Assembly (NCBI GenBank): GCA_945888995.1
Contig: CAMDBA010000001.1
Coordinates: forward strand, 12,796 to 76,795
Reading direction: 5' to 3'
Length of the DNA: 64,000 bases
Source of the DNA: a bacterium UBP8_UBA817
GTDB lineage: Bacteria; Margulisbacteria; Marinamargulisbacteria; CAMDBA01
The notes beneath the pieces are model-generated. The model made no database searches. It was not told the DNA's origin and worked only from the letters and a program-made list of their open reading frames with translations. Of this stretch, positions 51,823 through 61,006 are shown in pieces (position 1 is the first letter of the stretch; every line of letters begins with the position of its first letter). The position numbers and the translations under genes were made by a program.

Positions 51823-52353
51823 ATGAAAAAGATCACATTTTTTACAAGTATTCTTTTTGCGATGTGTGTAAGTTGTATTTATGCATCAGATCCGGTGACG
51901 GTCCAAGAGGTAGACTTGAGCAAATATTTGGGAAAATGGCACGAAATTGCGCGGCTACCCAATGCCTTTGAAGCAGCCGATGCCCAAGAAATTACCGCAA
52001 CCTATTCGTTAAATTCAGATAACACCCTGAGGGTTGAAAATAGTTGCTATGTAAATGGAAAGCTAGAAAAAGTAGTTGGCGTCGCTCGAATTGAGGATCC
52101 AAAATCAAAAGCCAAACTGGGTGTGAGCTTCTTCGATATTTTGGGATTTCGGCCGATTTGGGGAGATTATTGGATCTTGGGGTTGGGGCCCAACTATTCG
52201 TATAGTGTCGTAGGAGATCGCGCGCGAAAATACGCATGGATTCTGAGCCGCACACCGGCATTGGGTGAAAAAGAAATGGACGAAGCCATCACCATTCTAA
52301 AAAACAATGGATTTGATGTCACGCGGTTGCTGATAGTAAGCAAAAACAAGTAA
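51823..52353 (+). CDS. blc: Bacterial lipocalin (Blc-like)
   Basis: Signal peptide; VDLSKYLGKWHEIARLPN, ITATYSL, GDYWIL, YAWILSRTP. Confidence 0.92.
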   Translation: MKKITFFTSILFAMCVSCIYASDPVTVQEVDLSKYLGKWHEIARLPNAFEAADAQEITATYSLNSDNTLRVENSCYVNGKLEKVVGVARIEDPKSKAKLGVSFFDILGFRPIWGDYWILGLGPNYSYSVVGDRARKYAWILSRTPALGEKEMDEAITILKNNGFDVTRLLIVSKNK

Positions 52354-52355
52354 AA

Positions 52356-53810
52356 ATGGCCCCTAAAATAACCAGAGGCTTTGTTTGGATCAGAAGAGAT
52401 ATACGGTTGCATGATCATCCGGCGTTGAGTCACGCATTAGAGGCATGTAGTGAAGTTCATGTGGGTTTTATTTTTGATGACACCATCTTGGCTCCGCTTA
52501 AAACCAGACCTCCATTGGGAATCGATCGGCGTGTTCAATTTATAGCCGAATCTTTAGCCGAATGCGACACACAGCTTCGCCAATACGGAAGTCGTTTGCA
52601 TATCCGATATGGAAACCCGTCCTTAGAAATCCCAGAATTAGTTCGCGCTTTGAATATCGATCGAGTTTACTTTAATCGGGATTATTCTCCTTATGCCGTT
52701 TCAAGAGATACAGACATGACCGAACAACTTGAAAGTATGGGTGCTTCGGTTCATTCATTTCGAGACCATGTTATATTCGAACCTGAAGAAATTCTCAATA
52801 ATGCGAAAAAGCCCTATGGTGTATTTACGCCTTATTCCAAGGCATGGAGGGATCGCTTAAGCATTTCGGAAGATCGTTTGACCCCATTTTCTACAAAATG
52901 GAGTCACCTCGCAAAATCTTTTGACGAGCCCCCTTTGAAAGTGGGGTTTTTATTAGAATTGGCGGGTTTCGAACACATTAAAAATGACTTAAAGGGCGGA
53001 TCAGCTGCTGGCTTATTGCGACTTAACCAATTTACAGAAAAAATGCAGCACTATGACCAGGCAAGAGATTTTTTTGGCGAGGAAGGAACCTCTAAATTAT
53101 CGGTTTACTTGCGCCATGGGTGTATCTCGATTAGAGATATGGTAAATGTCGCATTATCTTACCCATCTTTGGGGGCTGAAAAATGGTTATCTGAACTGAT
53201 TTGGCGGGAATTTTATCAGATGATTTTCCACTTTCACCCTTGGGTAAATGATCGTCCCTATCAAAATAAATTTCGAGATATGCAATGGCCAACTTCTGAA
53301 GTATATTTTGAAGCGTTTAAAAATGGCCATACCGGATTCCCAATCATTGATGCCGCAATGCGATGTCTTAACCAAACGGGTTGGATGCCTAATCGCCTAC
53401 GCATGGTGACGGCATCGTTTTTGACTAAGATTTTATTGGTCGACTGGAAACGTGGCGAGCGATATTTCTCTTGGAAATTACTTGATTATGAACTTCAATC
53501 CAATAACGGCGGGTGGCAATGGGCGGCGGGAATCGGCTGTGATGCAGCCCCATATTTTCGAATTTTCAATCCTATTACGCAATCGAAAACTTATGACACT
53601 GAGGGTGGCTTTATTCGACAATATTGTCCGGAACTCAGTGTACTTTCCCATGCACAAATTCATTTTCCGGCAGGTGAAAAACAGCTCCCGCTTTCATTTC
53701 AACTTGGGGTTCATTATCCCATGCCAATTGTGGATTATGCATCCCAGAGGATAAAGGCTTTGGAACTATTTTCACACGCATCCGCGAGTGCGCTTGTCCC
53801 CAAAAACTAG
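52356..53810 (+). CDS. phrB: Class I deoxyribodipyrimidine photolyase
   Basis: WIRRDIRLHDHPAL, TSKLSVYL, WREFY, TGFPIIDAAMR, NRLRMVTASFL, LDYELQSNNGGWQW, FRIFNP. Confidence 0.93.
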   Translation: MAPKITRGFVWIRRDIRLHDHPALSHALEACSEVHVGFIFDDTILAPLKTRPPLGIDRRVQFIAESLAECDTQLRQYGSRLHIRYGNPSLEIPELVRALNIDRVYFNRDYSPYAVSRDTDMTEQLESMGASVHSFRDHVIFEPEEILNNAKKPYGVFTPYSKAWRDRLSISEDRLTPFSTKWSHLAKSFDEPPLKVGFLLELAGFEHIKNDLKGGSAAGLLRLNQFTEKMQHYDQARDFFGEEGTSKLSVYLRHGCISIRDMVNVALSYPSLGAEKWLSELIWREFYQMIFHFHPWVNDRPYQNKFRDMQWPTSEVYFEAFKNGHTGFPIIDAAMRCLNQTGWMPNRLRMVTASFLTKILLVDWKRGERYFSWKLLDYELQSNNGGWQWAAGIGCDAAPYFRIFNPITQSKTYDTEGGFIRQYCPELSVLSHAQIHFPAGEKQLPLSFQLGVHYPMPIVDYASQRIKALELFSHASASALVPKN

Positions 53811-53990
53811 ACCAGGGCCAGAGATAGAAAAAGAGTATAAAACCCTATCAAATGGAGGGTCAAAAATATGGGACGAGGACGGACATTCAATGCTAAATTC
53901 AATGCAAAAGTCGCACTGCAAACTCATTATCAGTATGATTACTTTCGAAAGTGGGAAGCGCCATTCTAGCATTCCGCATGAGATTTCTCA

Positions 53991-55262
53991 TTAAGCGGAT
54001 ACCGGCATCCTCACCACAAACGTCGTCCCCGCCTCTACCTCAGAATCTGACAGGACTTCGATCGCGCCATGGTGATCGGCGACGAGTTTGAAGACCATGG
54101 AGAGGCCGAGTCCGTGGCTTTCGTGCTTCGTGGTGTAAAAGGTGTCAAAAATTTTGAGTTGGATGTCTTTGGGAATGCCGGGGCCGGTGTCTTTTATTCG
54201 GATGCAGATGCTGTTTTTCTGGGTGTCGAGGTCTGTGAGGGTGCACGTGCGGATCGTGATAGTGCCGATGCGTTCGGTGGCGGCGATGGCCTCGATGGCG
54301 TTGAGGATTAGGTTAGTGAAAATCTGGGAGAGGGCAGTTGCATCAGCCTTAATCATCGGGATTTTTTCGGGCTCGAAGACGAAGGTGACGCCATGGATGC
54401 CGGCTTTGGCTTTGGCGAGGTCGATGGTTTTTTGGATTTCTTTGTTGAGATCGAGGTCTTTTTTCTCGCGTGCGCCGGTGCGTCCGTAGTCGAGCATGGT
54501 GTCGGTGATATTGAGGACGCGGTCGATATTTTCTTCGATTCCAGTGGAGAACTCGGCGACGACTTCGGGGCGGTGGAGGTTTTGGGAGACAATTTCCCAG
54601 CAGGAGAGGATCATGCCGATGGGATTGCGGATTTCGTGGGCGATGCCTCGGGTTAGGGTGGCGTAGGAGGCTTGTTGTTGGAGGCGTTCGATGGTTAGTT
54701 TGTTTTCTTTTAAATCATTATATGCATCTTGAAGGAGGTGCTTTTCGGTTGATAATTCGTTATTGGCCTCTTCAAGCCGGGATTTTGCTTTCATTGTCTC
54801 AATATAAAAAAATAAAACCCCCAAAAAATTAATCAAAAAAGTTGTAATAATTAACAAAAAATAGAAGAACTTTTGAAAAACAGGATTCAAAAAAACAGGA
54901 GAAAACAGCTCATAATCAGTTATTTCCAGCAATATGTAACACATAACTGAAAGAAAGGAACAAATGAGAATACGCTTCTTTTGACTTATTTCAAATAGAA
55001 CCAATGGCAACCAAGCAGCAGCGTAATAAACCATTTGCGCACCTGAACGTTGACCCAAAACTGAAGAGTAATAAAAAATTCCAAAGTTCATGCAAAAAAT
55101 AGTTGAAAATTTTGAAACTGCATAAAACCCCCCTCGGTTGAGTACAATTGCAACTAAAAAAACAGAGCCAATTAAAGCCATAGTCGGAACTAAGGAAGTA
55201 AGACCAATTGCACAGAAAATAATAACGTAGGCAAAGGCTACCGTACCAAGAATACCATTCAC
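53991..55262 (-). CDS. Multi-TM sensor histidine kinase
   Basis: About 5 TM helices; AHEIRNP, NLILNAIEA, DTGPGI, FYTTK, GLGLS; 5' end uncertain. Confidence 0.9.
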   Translation of the reverse strand: MNGILGTVAFAYVIIFCAIGLTSLVPTMALIGSVFLVAIVLNRGGFYAVSKFSTIFCMNFGIFYYSSVLGQRSGAQMVYYAAAWLPLVLFEISQKKRILICSFLSVMCYILLEITDYELFSPVFLNPVFQKFFYFLLIITTFLINFLGVLFFYIETMKAKSRLEEANNELSTEKHLLQDAYNDLKENKLTIERLQQQASYATLTRGIAHEIRNPIGMILSCWEIVSQNLHRPEVVAEFSTGIEENIDRVLNITDTMLDYGRTGAREKKDLDLNKEIQKTIDLAKAKAGIHGVTFVFEPEKIPMIKADATALSQIFTNLILNAIEAIAATERIGTITIRTCTLTDLDTQKNSICIRIKDTGPGIPKDIQLKIFDTFYTTKHESHGLGLSMVFKLVADHHGAIEVLSDSEVEAGTTFVVRMPVSA

Positions 55263-55341
55263 ATAATATGTTAATGTGATTTGAAGACTAGACGAAGCGT
55301 GTTGTCTATGGAATCTTTTTAAAATTAGCGAACCTCAAACT

Positions 55342-57294
55342 TTAAATAAAATATCTTGCTCGGGCATTTAACATGGTTTCAAAATTACCTTGCACGCAGG
55401 TTTCTAAGAAATGTAAATATTTTGAAAGATTAGAGTTAGCGATATAAACGGTTCTACGGATATCTGCTATTTTACTTTTAAATTCTTCAACTTTTCTCCT
55501 ATGAATGGATTTAACTTCCAGTTTTGAGAAATCTCTAGTCTTTCCATTCTCCACTTCGTAAACAAAAATAAGATTAGGCTTACCCTTTACTTTATCTTGG
55601 TGTTCCGACCCAAGATCGTTAATCAAATAAATAATCTCACAGGCTAATTCTTCAATCTGTTGGATACAAGTCGCAGTTTCTAGGGTCAAATTAATTGGAA
55701 AAATCCCCAGAATTTTCCAAAGTTCTTGATACGGCCGGACTCCAATATCCACAAAGCGATATTCCATATAGTCCGATACAGAAGTTGCAGGCTCTTTTAT
55801 TATCCATTTTTTACAAAAAGACTTCATCATGTCATGTAATTGGTGATCGAATTCGGCAAGCGCTACACCATTTCGTTTGGAATAGTCCTCTAGTTCATCT
55901 CTAAACGCCTGCACTGCAGACAAAATAGATGGAGATGGAGGGTATGCGATGCTACTTTTTGTTAAAATGCCTAACATATCATCAAGGAGCGTATTAAAAC
56001 CTTCACGAGGGTGATAATCATTATAATCATTTAGAAAATAAAAAATGGTTAAATATCTTGCTGCAATTTCAAGAGCTTGCGTATTGGCTCCCTCTGGAGA
56101 ACAATATTTAAGGTAAGTAGCGATTAGCTTAGAATATACGGGTCGCATTTCAGGGAATAATTCATGCTCACTCATAAAGGTAGTTAAATAGCTCGTTAAT
56201 TCTCCAACGGTCTCATTGTTAAGAAATGCTTTGGGAAAATCATAATCTTCCTTGAAAGATTCTCCCGATATCTTTTTCTCTTCTAATGCAGCAACTGCAA
56301 ATGCGGTAGTAAGCGATTCTCCTCCAAAAAACAAGGTATCACGCGCACATCGAAAAAAAGCATCTGCAGGCCAATTACCTTCTCCTGCTTGGGCCTCGAG
56401 CAACTGGCGAGTATCGACTTCATTTGAGATCTTGTAACGGCTACATAAAATTATTCTTACCGCAAGATCTATAGGATAGGTTGTACAACCAATTCTCTGA
56501 GCAATACGCGCCTCTAGAAGGGGATCAAATCTTTCGCCGAGTTCTGGAGAAACCATAACCGCACGGGATAAAAAATATAAAAACATATCGGGCGATGGGT
56601 AATATCTGGTCCCTTCTAAATAGGCTCCATCTTCAAGCACTTTATAAACGAAATCCTCCGTCGCCTTAATTTCGTCTCCCCGACCTACTAAATGCACGAA
56701 ATACATCGCATTCGCACATACAATTGGATCAAGTCTATTTTCTCGTTCTCCCCTCGGAGGAAAATAGACTTGGATAACGCCATCCTCATTCACATTATCA
56801 ATGACATTATCTGCCACTGACCTTATAACGGCTGTGGAAGCAATCCCTTCAGTCAAAAGGATTGAAGCGCCTATTGAGGTACAATCTACATCTGCAGGAA
56901 ATTTCATTCTTAATCGCGGCTCTTCAAAAAAATAAAATAGGCCGTCTTCATGGTGAGTAGATACAAAATCTCTTAAAGAAGCCATTACTTTACCATTAAT
57001 TGAAGTTCCACTCAGTAAATCAAAAATAACTAAAGTCGAAAAAATCTCAAATGGGCTCCCCTTATGGGAGCTAAACTCTCGATTACGTGAAATTCTACCT
57101 TGAAACCCATCTGAAACACTTGCCCTCGACCGAAGAAATTTATGAGCATTTTCAACTGGAGTCATAGCCTCGCTCGTAAAATGTCGAAAAATTCCAACCA
57201 TCGGAGACAAGCTCTCTGTTCGCACAGGGGTATCTACAACTACTATCGGTGGGATTTCGCGGAGTGAAACAATTTTGTATTTGTGAGTTTTCAT
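55342..57294 (-). CDS. Putative bifunctional terpene cyclase/synthase (class II beta domain plus class I alpha domain)
   Basis: Beta: PADVDCTS (aa133-140), DPIVCAN, YYPSPDMFLYFLSR, QAGEGNW, GESLTTAFA. Alpha: NDYND (422-426), YMEYRFVDIG, NDLGSEHQD (559-567), PNLI, RY (647-648). Confidence 0.8.
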   Translation of the reverse strand: MKTHKYKIVSLREIPPIVVVDTPVRTESLSPMVGIFRHFTSEAMTPVENAHKFLRSRASVSDGFQGRISRNREFSSHKGSPFEIFSTLVIFDLLSGTSINGKVMASLRDFVSTHHEDGLFYFFEEPRLRMKFPADVDCTSIGASILLTEGIASTAVIRSVADNVIDNVNEDGVIQVYFPPRGERENRLDPIVCANAMYFVHLVGRGDEIKATEDFVYKVLEDGAYLEGTRYYPSPDMFLYFLSRAVMVSPELGERFDPLLEARIAQRIGCTTYPIDLAVRIILCSRYKISNEVDTRQLLEAQAGEGNWPADAFFRCARDTLFFGGESLTTAFAVAALEEKKISGESFKEDYDFPKAFLNNETVGELTSYLTTFMSEHELFPEMRPVYSKLIATYLKYCSPEGANTQALEIAARYLTIFYFLNDYNDYHPREGFNTLLDDMLGILTKSSIAYPPSPSILSAVQAFRDELEDYSKRNGVALAEFDHQLHDMMKSFCKKWIIKEPATSVSDYMEYRFVDIGVRPYQELWKILGIFPINLTLETATCIQQIEELACEIIYLINDLGSEHQDKVKGKPNLIFVYEVENGKTRDFSKLEVKSIHRRKVEEFKSKIADIRRTVYIANSNLSKYLHFLETCVQGNFETMLNARARYFI

Positions 57295-57667
57295 AATCTA
57301 TACACCCGAAAACCTTATGGTTGCAAAAAAGGTTAGTTAAAGTAATGAACCGGCTAACATCAATAAAACCTTAGCATTATACCTCTAAGGTTTCAACAAT
57401 TGCTAACACAACTTCGCCCCCCCCAACTTAGAACTCAAGCGAAAATTCGATAATAAACACACTCTGAGCGAGAGGCGCGTGCTTATTTATGCTCGCAATC
57501 GAAATTAAAACGGCATCCAAAGTGCATGACCGCCGAACATCGCGCGGGAGGTGATACCGGGTGGGGGTGCATTCGTAAGGCTTTTCTTTTCAATATAGTC
57601 TACCGTTATCGTAAGAGGTAGGGGGTGGGTGTAGTAATGTCCATTTCCAAAACGACCTGAAAACCGT

Positions 57668-58846
57668 ATGATTTGGAAATATATGCGACTAGATATTTCG
57701 AAAAACGATCATACCCTTTCCTCCCCTCCCAAACGTCACCTTCGCCCCGAACAAACCCGTTCAAAAGGAAAGTTATTGATTCATGGCATCGCCCATGATG
57801 ATTTTTCGTCGAATGATTATCTCGGGTATGCGTGGGATGAGCAACTGATTGCGATTGGGAAAGAGGCATTGGATACTTACGGTACGGGATCGACGGGATC
57901 TCGGCTTTTAACGGGGGACCAGTCGCTTTTTCATGAGCTGGAATCTGCGGTTGCGGACTTTAAAAACAAAGAAGCATCGCTACTCTTCAATTCGGGCTAT
58001 CAGGCCAATCTCAGCATTCTCGACACCCTCACAGGGGCGGAAGATGTGATTTTTGCGGACAAATTGGCGCATGCCAGCTTGATCGACGGCGCGCGCATGA
58101 GCGGGGCGAAGCTCATCCGATTTGCTCATAACGATGCTGGACATCTTCGGATCCTGCTCGAAAAACACCGACCGCAGTATCAAAACGCGATGATCGTCAC
58201 CGAATCCGTCTTTAGTATGGACGGAGACCGTGCACCGCTGGCGGAATTAGTCGACTTAAAATACACCTATGAGTGCGCATTATTAGTGGACGAAGCCCAT
58301 GCGACGGGCCTATTTGGGCCTACCGGGGCCGGATGGGTGGAGGCGCTTGGACTGTCAGCTGACGTGGATCTGATCATGGGTACATTCGGGAAGGCGCTGG
58401 GAAGTGCGGGGGCGTATCTGGCATGTCCGCAGGCGGTTAAAGATCAATTTATTCAAACTTGCCGCGGGTTTATTTATACGACGGCCTTACCGCCTGCCAC
58501 TGTAGCGGTGAATCTGGCAGCAATCCGGCTGGTTCAATCGGAAGCATTCCGACGAACTGAATTGATCGATCGAACCGTTTGGCTCAGAGAAGCGCTGACT
58601 CAGACAGGACTCACACTTCTGGGTGATACGCACATTATTCCGATTGTCGTGGGTGATGAATCCGACGCTCTCAGGCTCTCCGATAGGCTGAAGTCTCATC
58701 GGTTCTGGATATTGCCCATTCGATATCCCACCGTTCCTCGCGGACAGGCCCGTTTGCGCCTTTCACTCACCCACCGGCATACGCCTGAGGTACTGGAACG
58801 ATTGGTCGATGTGATGACTCAAATCTATCGGGACACACAGCCATGA
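57668..58846 (+). CDS. bioF: 8-amino-7-oxononanoate synthase
   Basis: FSSNDYLG, GSTGSRLLTG, FNSGYQAN, HASLIDG, ESVFSMDGD, DEAHATG, GTFGKALG; exact start uncertain. Confidence 0.95.
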   Translation: MIWKYMRLDISKNDHTLSSPPKRHLRPEQTRSKGKLLIHGIAHDDFSSNDYLGYAWDEQLIAIGKEALDTYGTGSTGSRLLTGDQSLFHELESAVADFKNKEASLLFNSGYQANLSILDTLTGAEDVIFADKLAHASLIDGARMSGAKLIRFAHNDAGHLRILLEKHRPQYQNAMIVTESVFSMDGDRAPLAELVDLKYTYECALLVDEAHATGLFGPTGAGWVEALGLSADVDLIMGTFGKALGSAGAYLACPQAVKDQFIQTCRGFIYTTALPPATVAVNLAAIRLVQSEAFRRTELIDRTVWLREALTQTGLTLLGDTHIIPIVVGDESDALRLSDRLKSHRFWILPIRYPTVPRGQARLRLSLTHRHTPEVLERLVDVMTQIYRDTQP

Positions 58847-59493
58847 CCGCCGCTATCCCTCTGATTGCGATACCCGGATGGGCGATGGACGAAGCGATTT
58901 TTTCCGGAGTGCAATTGCCGGGTATGGTGACGATTTTGTCCTCCGACACCATGCACTTTGAGGAGCGGTTACTCACACGTATAGCCTATCTCCAGGCACC
59001 AAAAATCGACTTACTGGGATTTTCGATGGGGGGATTTCTGGCTCAGGCATTCGCGCTGAAACACCCGGAGAAGATCAACCGGCTTTTTCTCGCGGGTATT
59101 CGGTCGCATTATCCCGACACTGCCATCATTAAACGGTATCTGACGAAAAATAAGGCGCTTTATTTGGAAAAATTCTACACGGCTTGTCTTCCGTCACCAC
59201 CGGATGCAACATTAAATGGGTTATTCTCCCGCTACATCATCGACTGGCCGATAGATGCCCTCTTACAAAGCTTGGCGTATCTGGCCCAAGCCCGCATTCA
59301 AGGTGACGTAAAACCGCCATTTGAAACGGTTCTGTTTCACGGGAAACAAGATGTCATTGCGCCGCTGTCAGAAGCTCAAACAATTGCGGAAACGCTCGGC
59401 AGCGCTCTGCATATTTTTGAGGAGGCGGGGCACTTAGTGGTCGTTGATCCGGATTTTTGTGGCACACTCGCCCGTTATCGGAGCAACCCATGA
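58843..59493 (+). CDS. bioH: Pimeloyl-ACP methyl ester esterase (BioH-like alpha/beta hydrolase)
   Basis: PGWAM, GFSMGG nucleophile elbow, QDVIAP, AGH; between bioF and bioC. Confidence 0.7.
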   Translation: MTAAIPLIAIPGWAMDEAIFSGVQLPGMVTILSSDTMHFEERLLTRIAYLQAPKIDLLGFSMGGFLAQAFALKHPEKINRLFLAGIRSHYPDTAIIKRYLTKNKALYLEKFYTACLPSPPDATLNGLFSRYIIDWPIDALLQSLAYLAQARIQGDVKPPFETVLFHGKQDVIAPLSEAQTIAETLGSALHIFEEAGHLVVVDPDFCGTLARYRSNP

Positions 59494-60254
59494 CACCCCA
59501 TCGCGTCCGCGCCAATTTCTCAAAACACGCCGCCCACTATAATGACTATGCCATCGTGCAATCCCATGTCGGTGACCGGTTATGGCAGAGTTTAGACGGA
59601 GACTCTCCCCGACACATTTTGGACCTCGGGTGCGGGACCGGCAGATGGACCGCCGGTTTAGCTGAGGCGTTTGCCGAAGCGGATATTACCGCCATCGATT
59701 TTTCAGCAGCCATGATCGAACAAGCTAAAAAAACCTTAAAAAACACGGCGATCCGCTTTGAAGTCGGAGATATTCGTGAGGTCTCGTTTGACCGGCCATT
59801 TGACTTGATCGTCTCGAATGCGTCGCTTCATTGGTGCCATCCCATTGCACCTCTCTTCAAAAAATACGCGGCCCAATTAACACCGAACGGCACAATGGCG
59901 GCCTCCCTTTACGGACCCGGGACATTTTGCGAATTAAGCGCCAGCATGGCTGAGCTCTCTGAAGCCCCGATTGAAATCAGCGCCGTGCAATTCGCATCCA
60001 TAGAGACGTTATCAGCGGCATTTCGCCCTCTTTTTTCCACCGTCGACATCTGGCAAGAAATCATCACCCAGGTCTACCCGGATCTACGCACGTTATTGCG
60101 TCATATCAAAAAAACCGGCACACAAGGAACAGGCTTGAAAAATCGAGGACTATGGACGCCACGGTTTTTGGATCGCTTATCCAAACAGTATCTTCATGAC
60201 CACGGTCAATTTCGATGCTCCTCCCAAATTTTTTATCTGAAAGGCCGCCGATGA
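59490..60254 (+). CDS. bioC: Malonyl-ACP O-methyltransferase
   Basis: FSKHAAHYNDYAIVQ, LDLGCGTG, SNASLHW, GPGTFCEL; start moved to ATG 59490. Confidence 0.9.
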   Translation: MTPHRVRANFSKHAAHYNDYAIVQSHVGDRLWQSLDGDSPRHILDLGCGTGRWTAGLAEAFAEADITAIDFSAAMIEQAKKTLKNTAIRFEVGDIREVSFDRPFDLIVSNASLHWCHPIAPLFKKYAAQLTPNGTMAASLYGPGTFCELSASMAELSEAPIEISAVQFASIETLSAAFRPLFSTVDIWQEIITQVYPDLRTLLRHIKKTGTQGTGLKNRGLWTPRFLDRLSKQYLHDHGQFRCSSQIFYLKGRR

Positions 60255-60928
60255 CCCCGATTTTTGTAACCGGCACCGACACAAACGTCGGCAAATCAAC
60301 CGTCACGGCACTGATCGCAGGCTATCTGGCGCAAAAGGGCCATACCGTGACCACCCAAAAATGGATTCAGACCGGCTGCTCTGACAAAACGTGGGATCTA
60401 GATCGGCATAATCGGTGGTTAGGTGAGGTTTATCCGCATGATGATCGGTACGCCTATGCGTTTGACCCGGCCGTATCGCCCCACCTCGCAGCGAAAGAAG
60501 CCGGTGTTGCCATCGATCCTGCTCGGATTTCAGACCAGACTCGCGCCCTCGCGACGCGCTTTGAGTACGTGATCATTGAAGGAAGTGGCGGATGGTATGT
60601 GCCCTATTCGGAGTCGGGCCTCATGGCGGACCTTGTTCAAGACTTAAACCTTCCCGTTTTATTGGTCGCCGCTAACCGCCTTGGCGCGATCAACCATACG
60701 CTTCTCACCATCGAATCTATTCAAAATCGCAGACTTCCCTTTATCGGCACACTCTTCACCTCACCTTCTGCGAACGAAAACCCGGCGGTTTCGGCCGATA
60801 ATCCCGCGATTATCGCCTCTATTTCGGGCACAAAAACAATCGGAATCCTCCCATTTTGCACCTCGGAGGAACAGCTCTCTCACGCCTTTTCCAGTATTGG
60901 TGACAGGCTTTACAAAACCCTTCGTTAA
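60251..60928 (+). CDS. bioD: Dethiobiotin synthase
   Basis: FVTGTDTNVGKS, QTG, SPHLAA, IEGSGG, LGAINHTLLT; start moved to ATG 60251. Confidence 0.95.
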   Translation: MTPIFVTGTDTNVGKSTVTALIAGYLAQKGHTVTTQKWIQTGCSDKTWDLDRHNRWLGEVYPHDDRYAYAFDPAVSPHLAAKEAGVAIDPARISDQTRALATRFEYVIIEGSGGWYVPYSESGLMADLVQDLNLPVLLVAANRLGAINHTLLTIESIQNRRLPFIGTLFTSPSANENPAVSADNPAIIASISGTKTIGILPFCTSEEQLSHAFSSIGDRLYKTLR

Positions 60929-61006
60929 ATTTCCTGACTACCTAGTCAGCTTCTCACATGCTATCCTAACGTAAGAGTTTTCAAACGATTGGGAGAGATA
61001 CTACAT

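Noticed and set aside
57509-57575. 6S RNA (CCTCCCGCGCGATGTTCG on the minus strand)
   Set aside because: Resembles a 6S 5' motif, but I could not find a complementary closing strand about 180 nt away.
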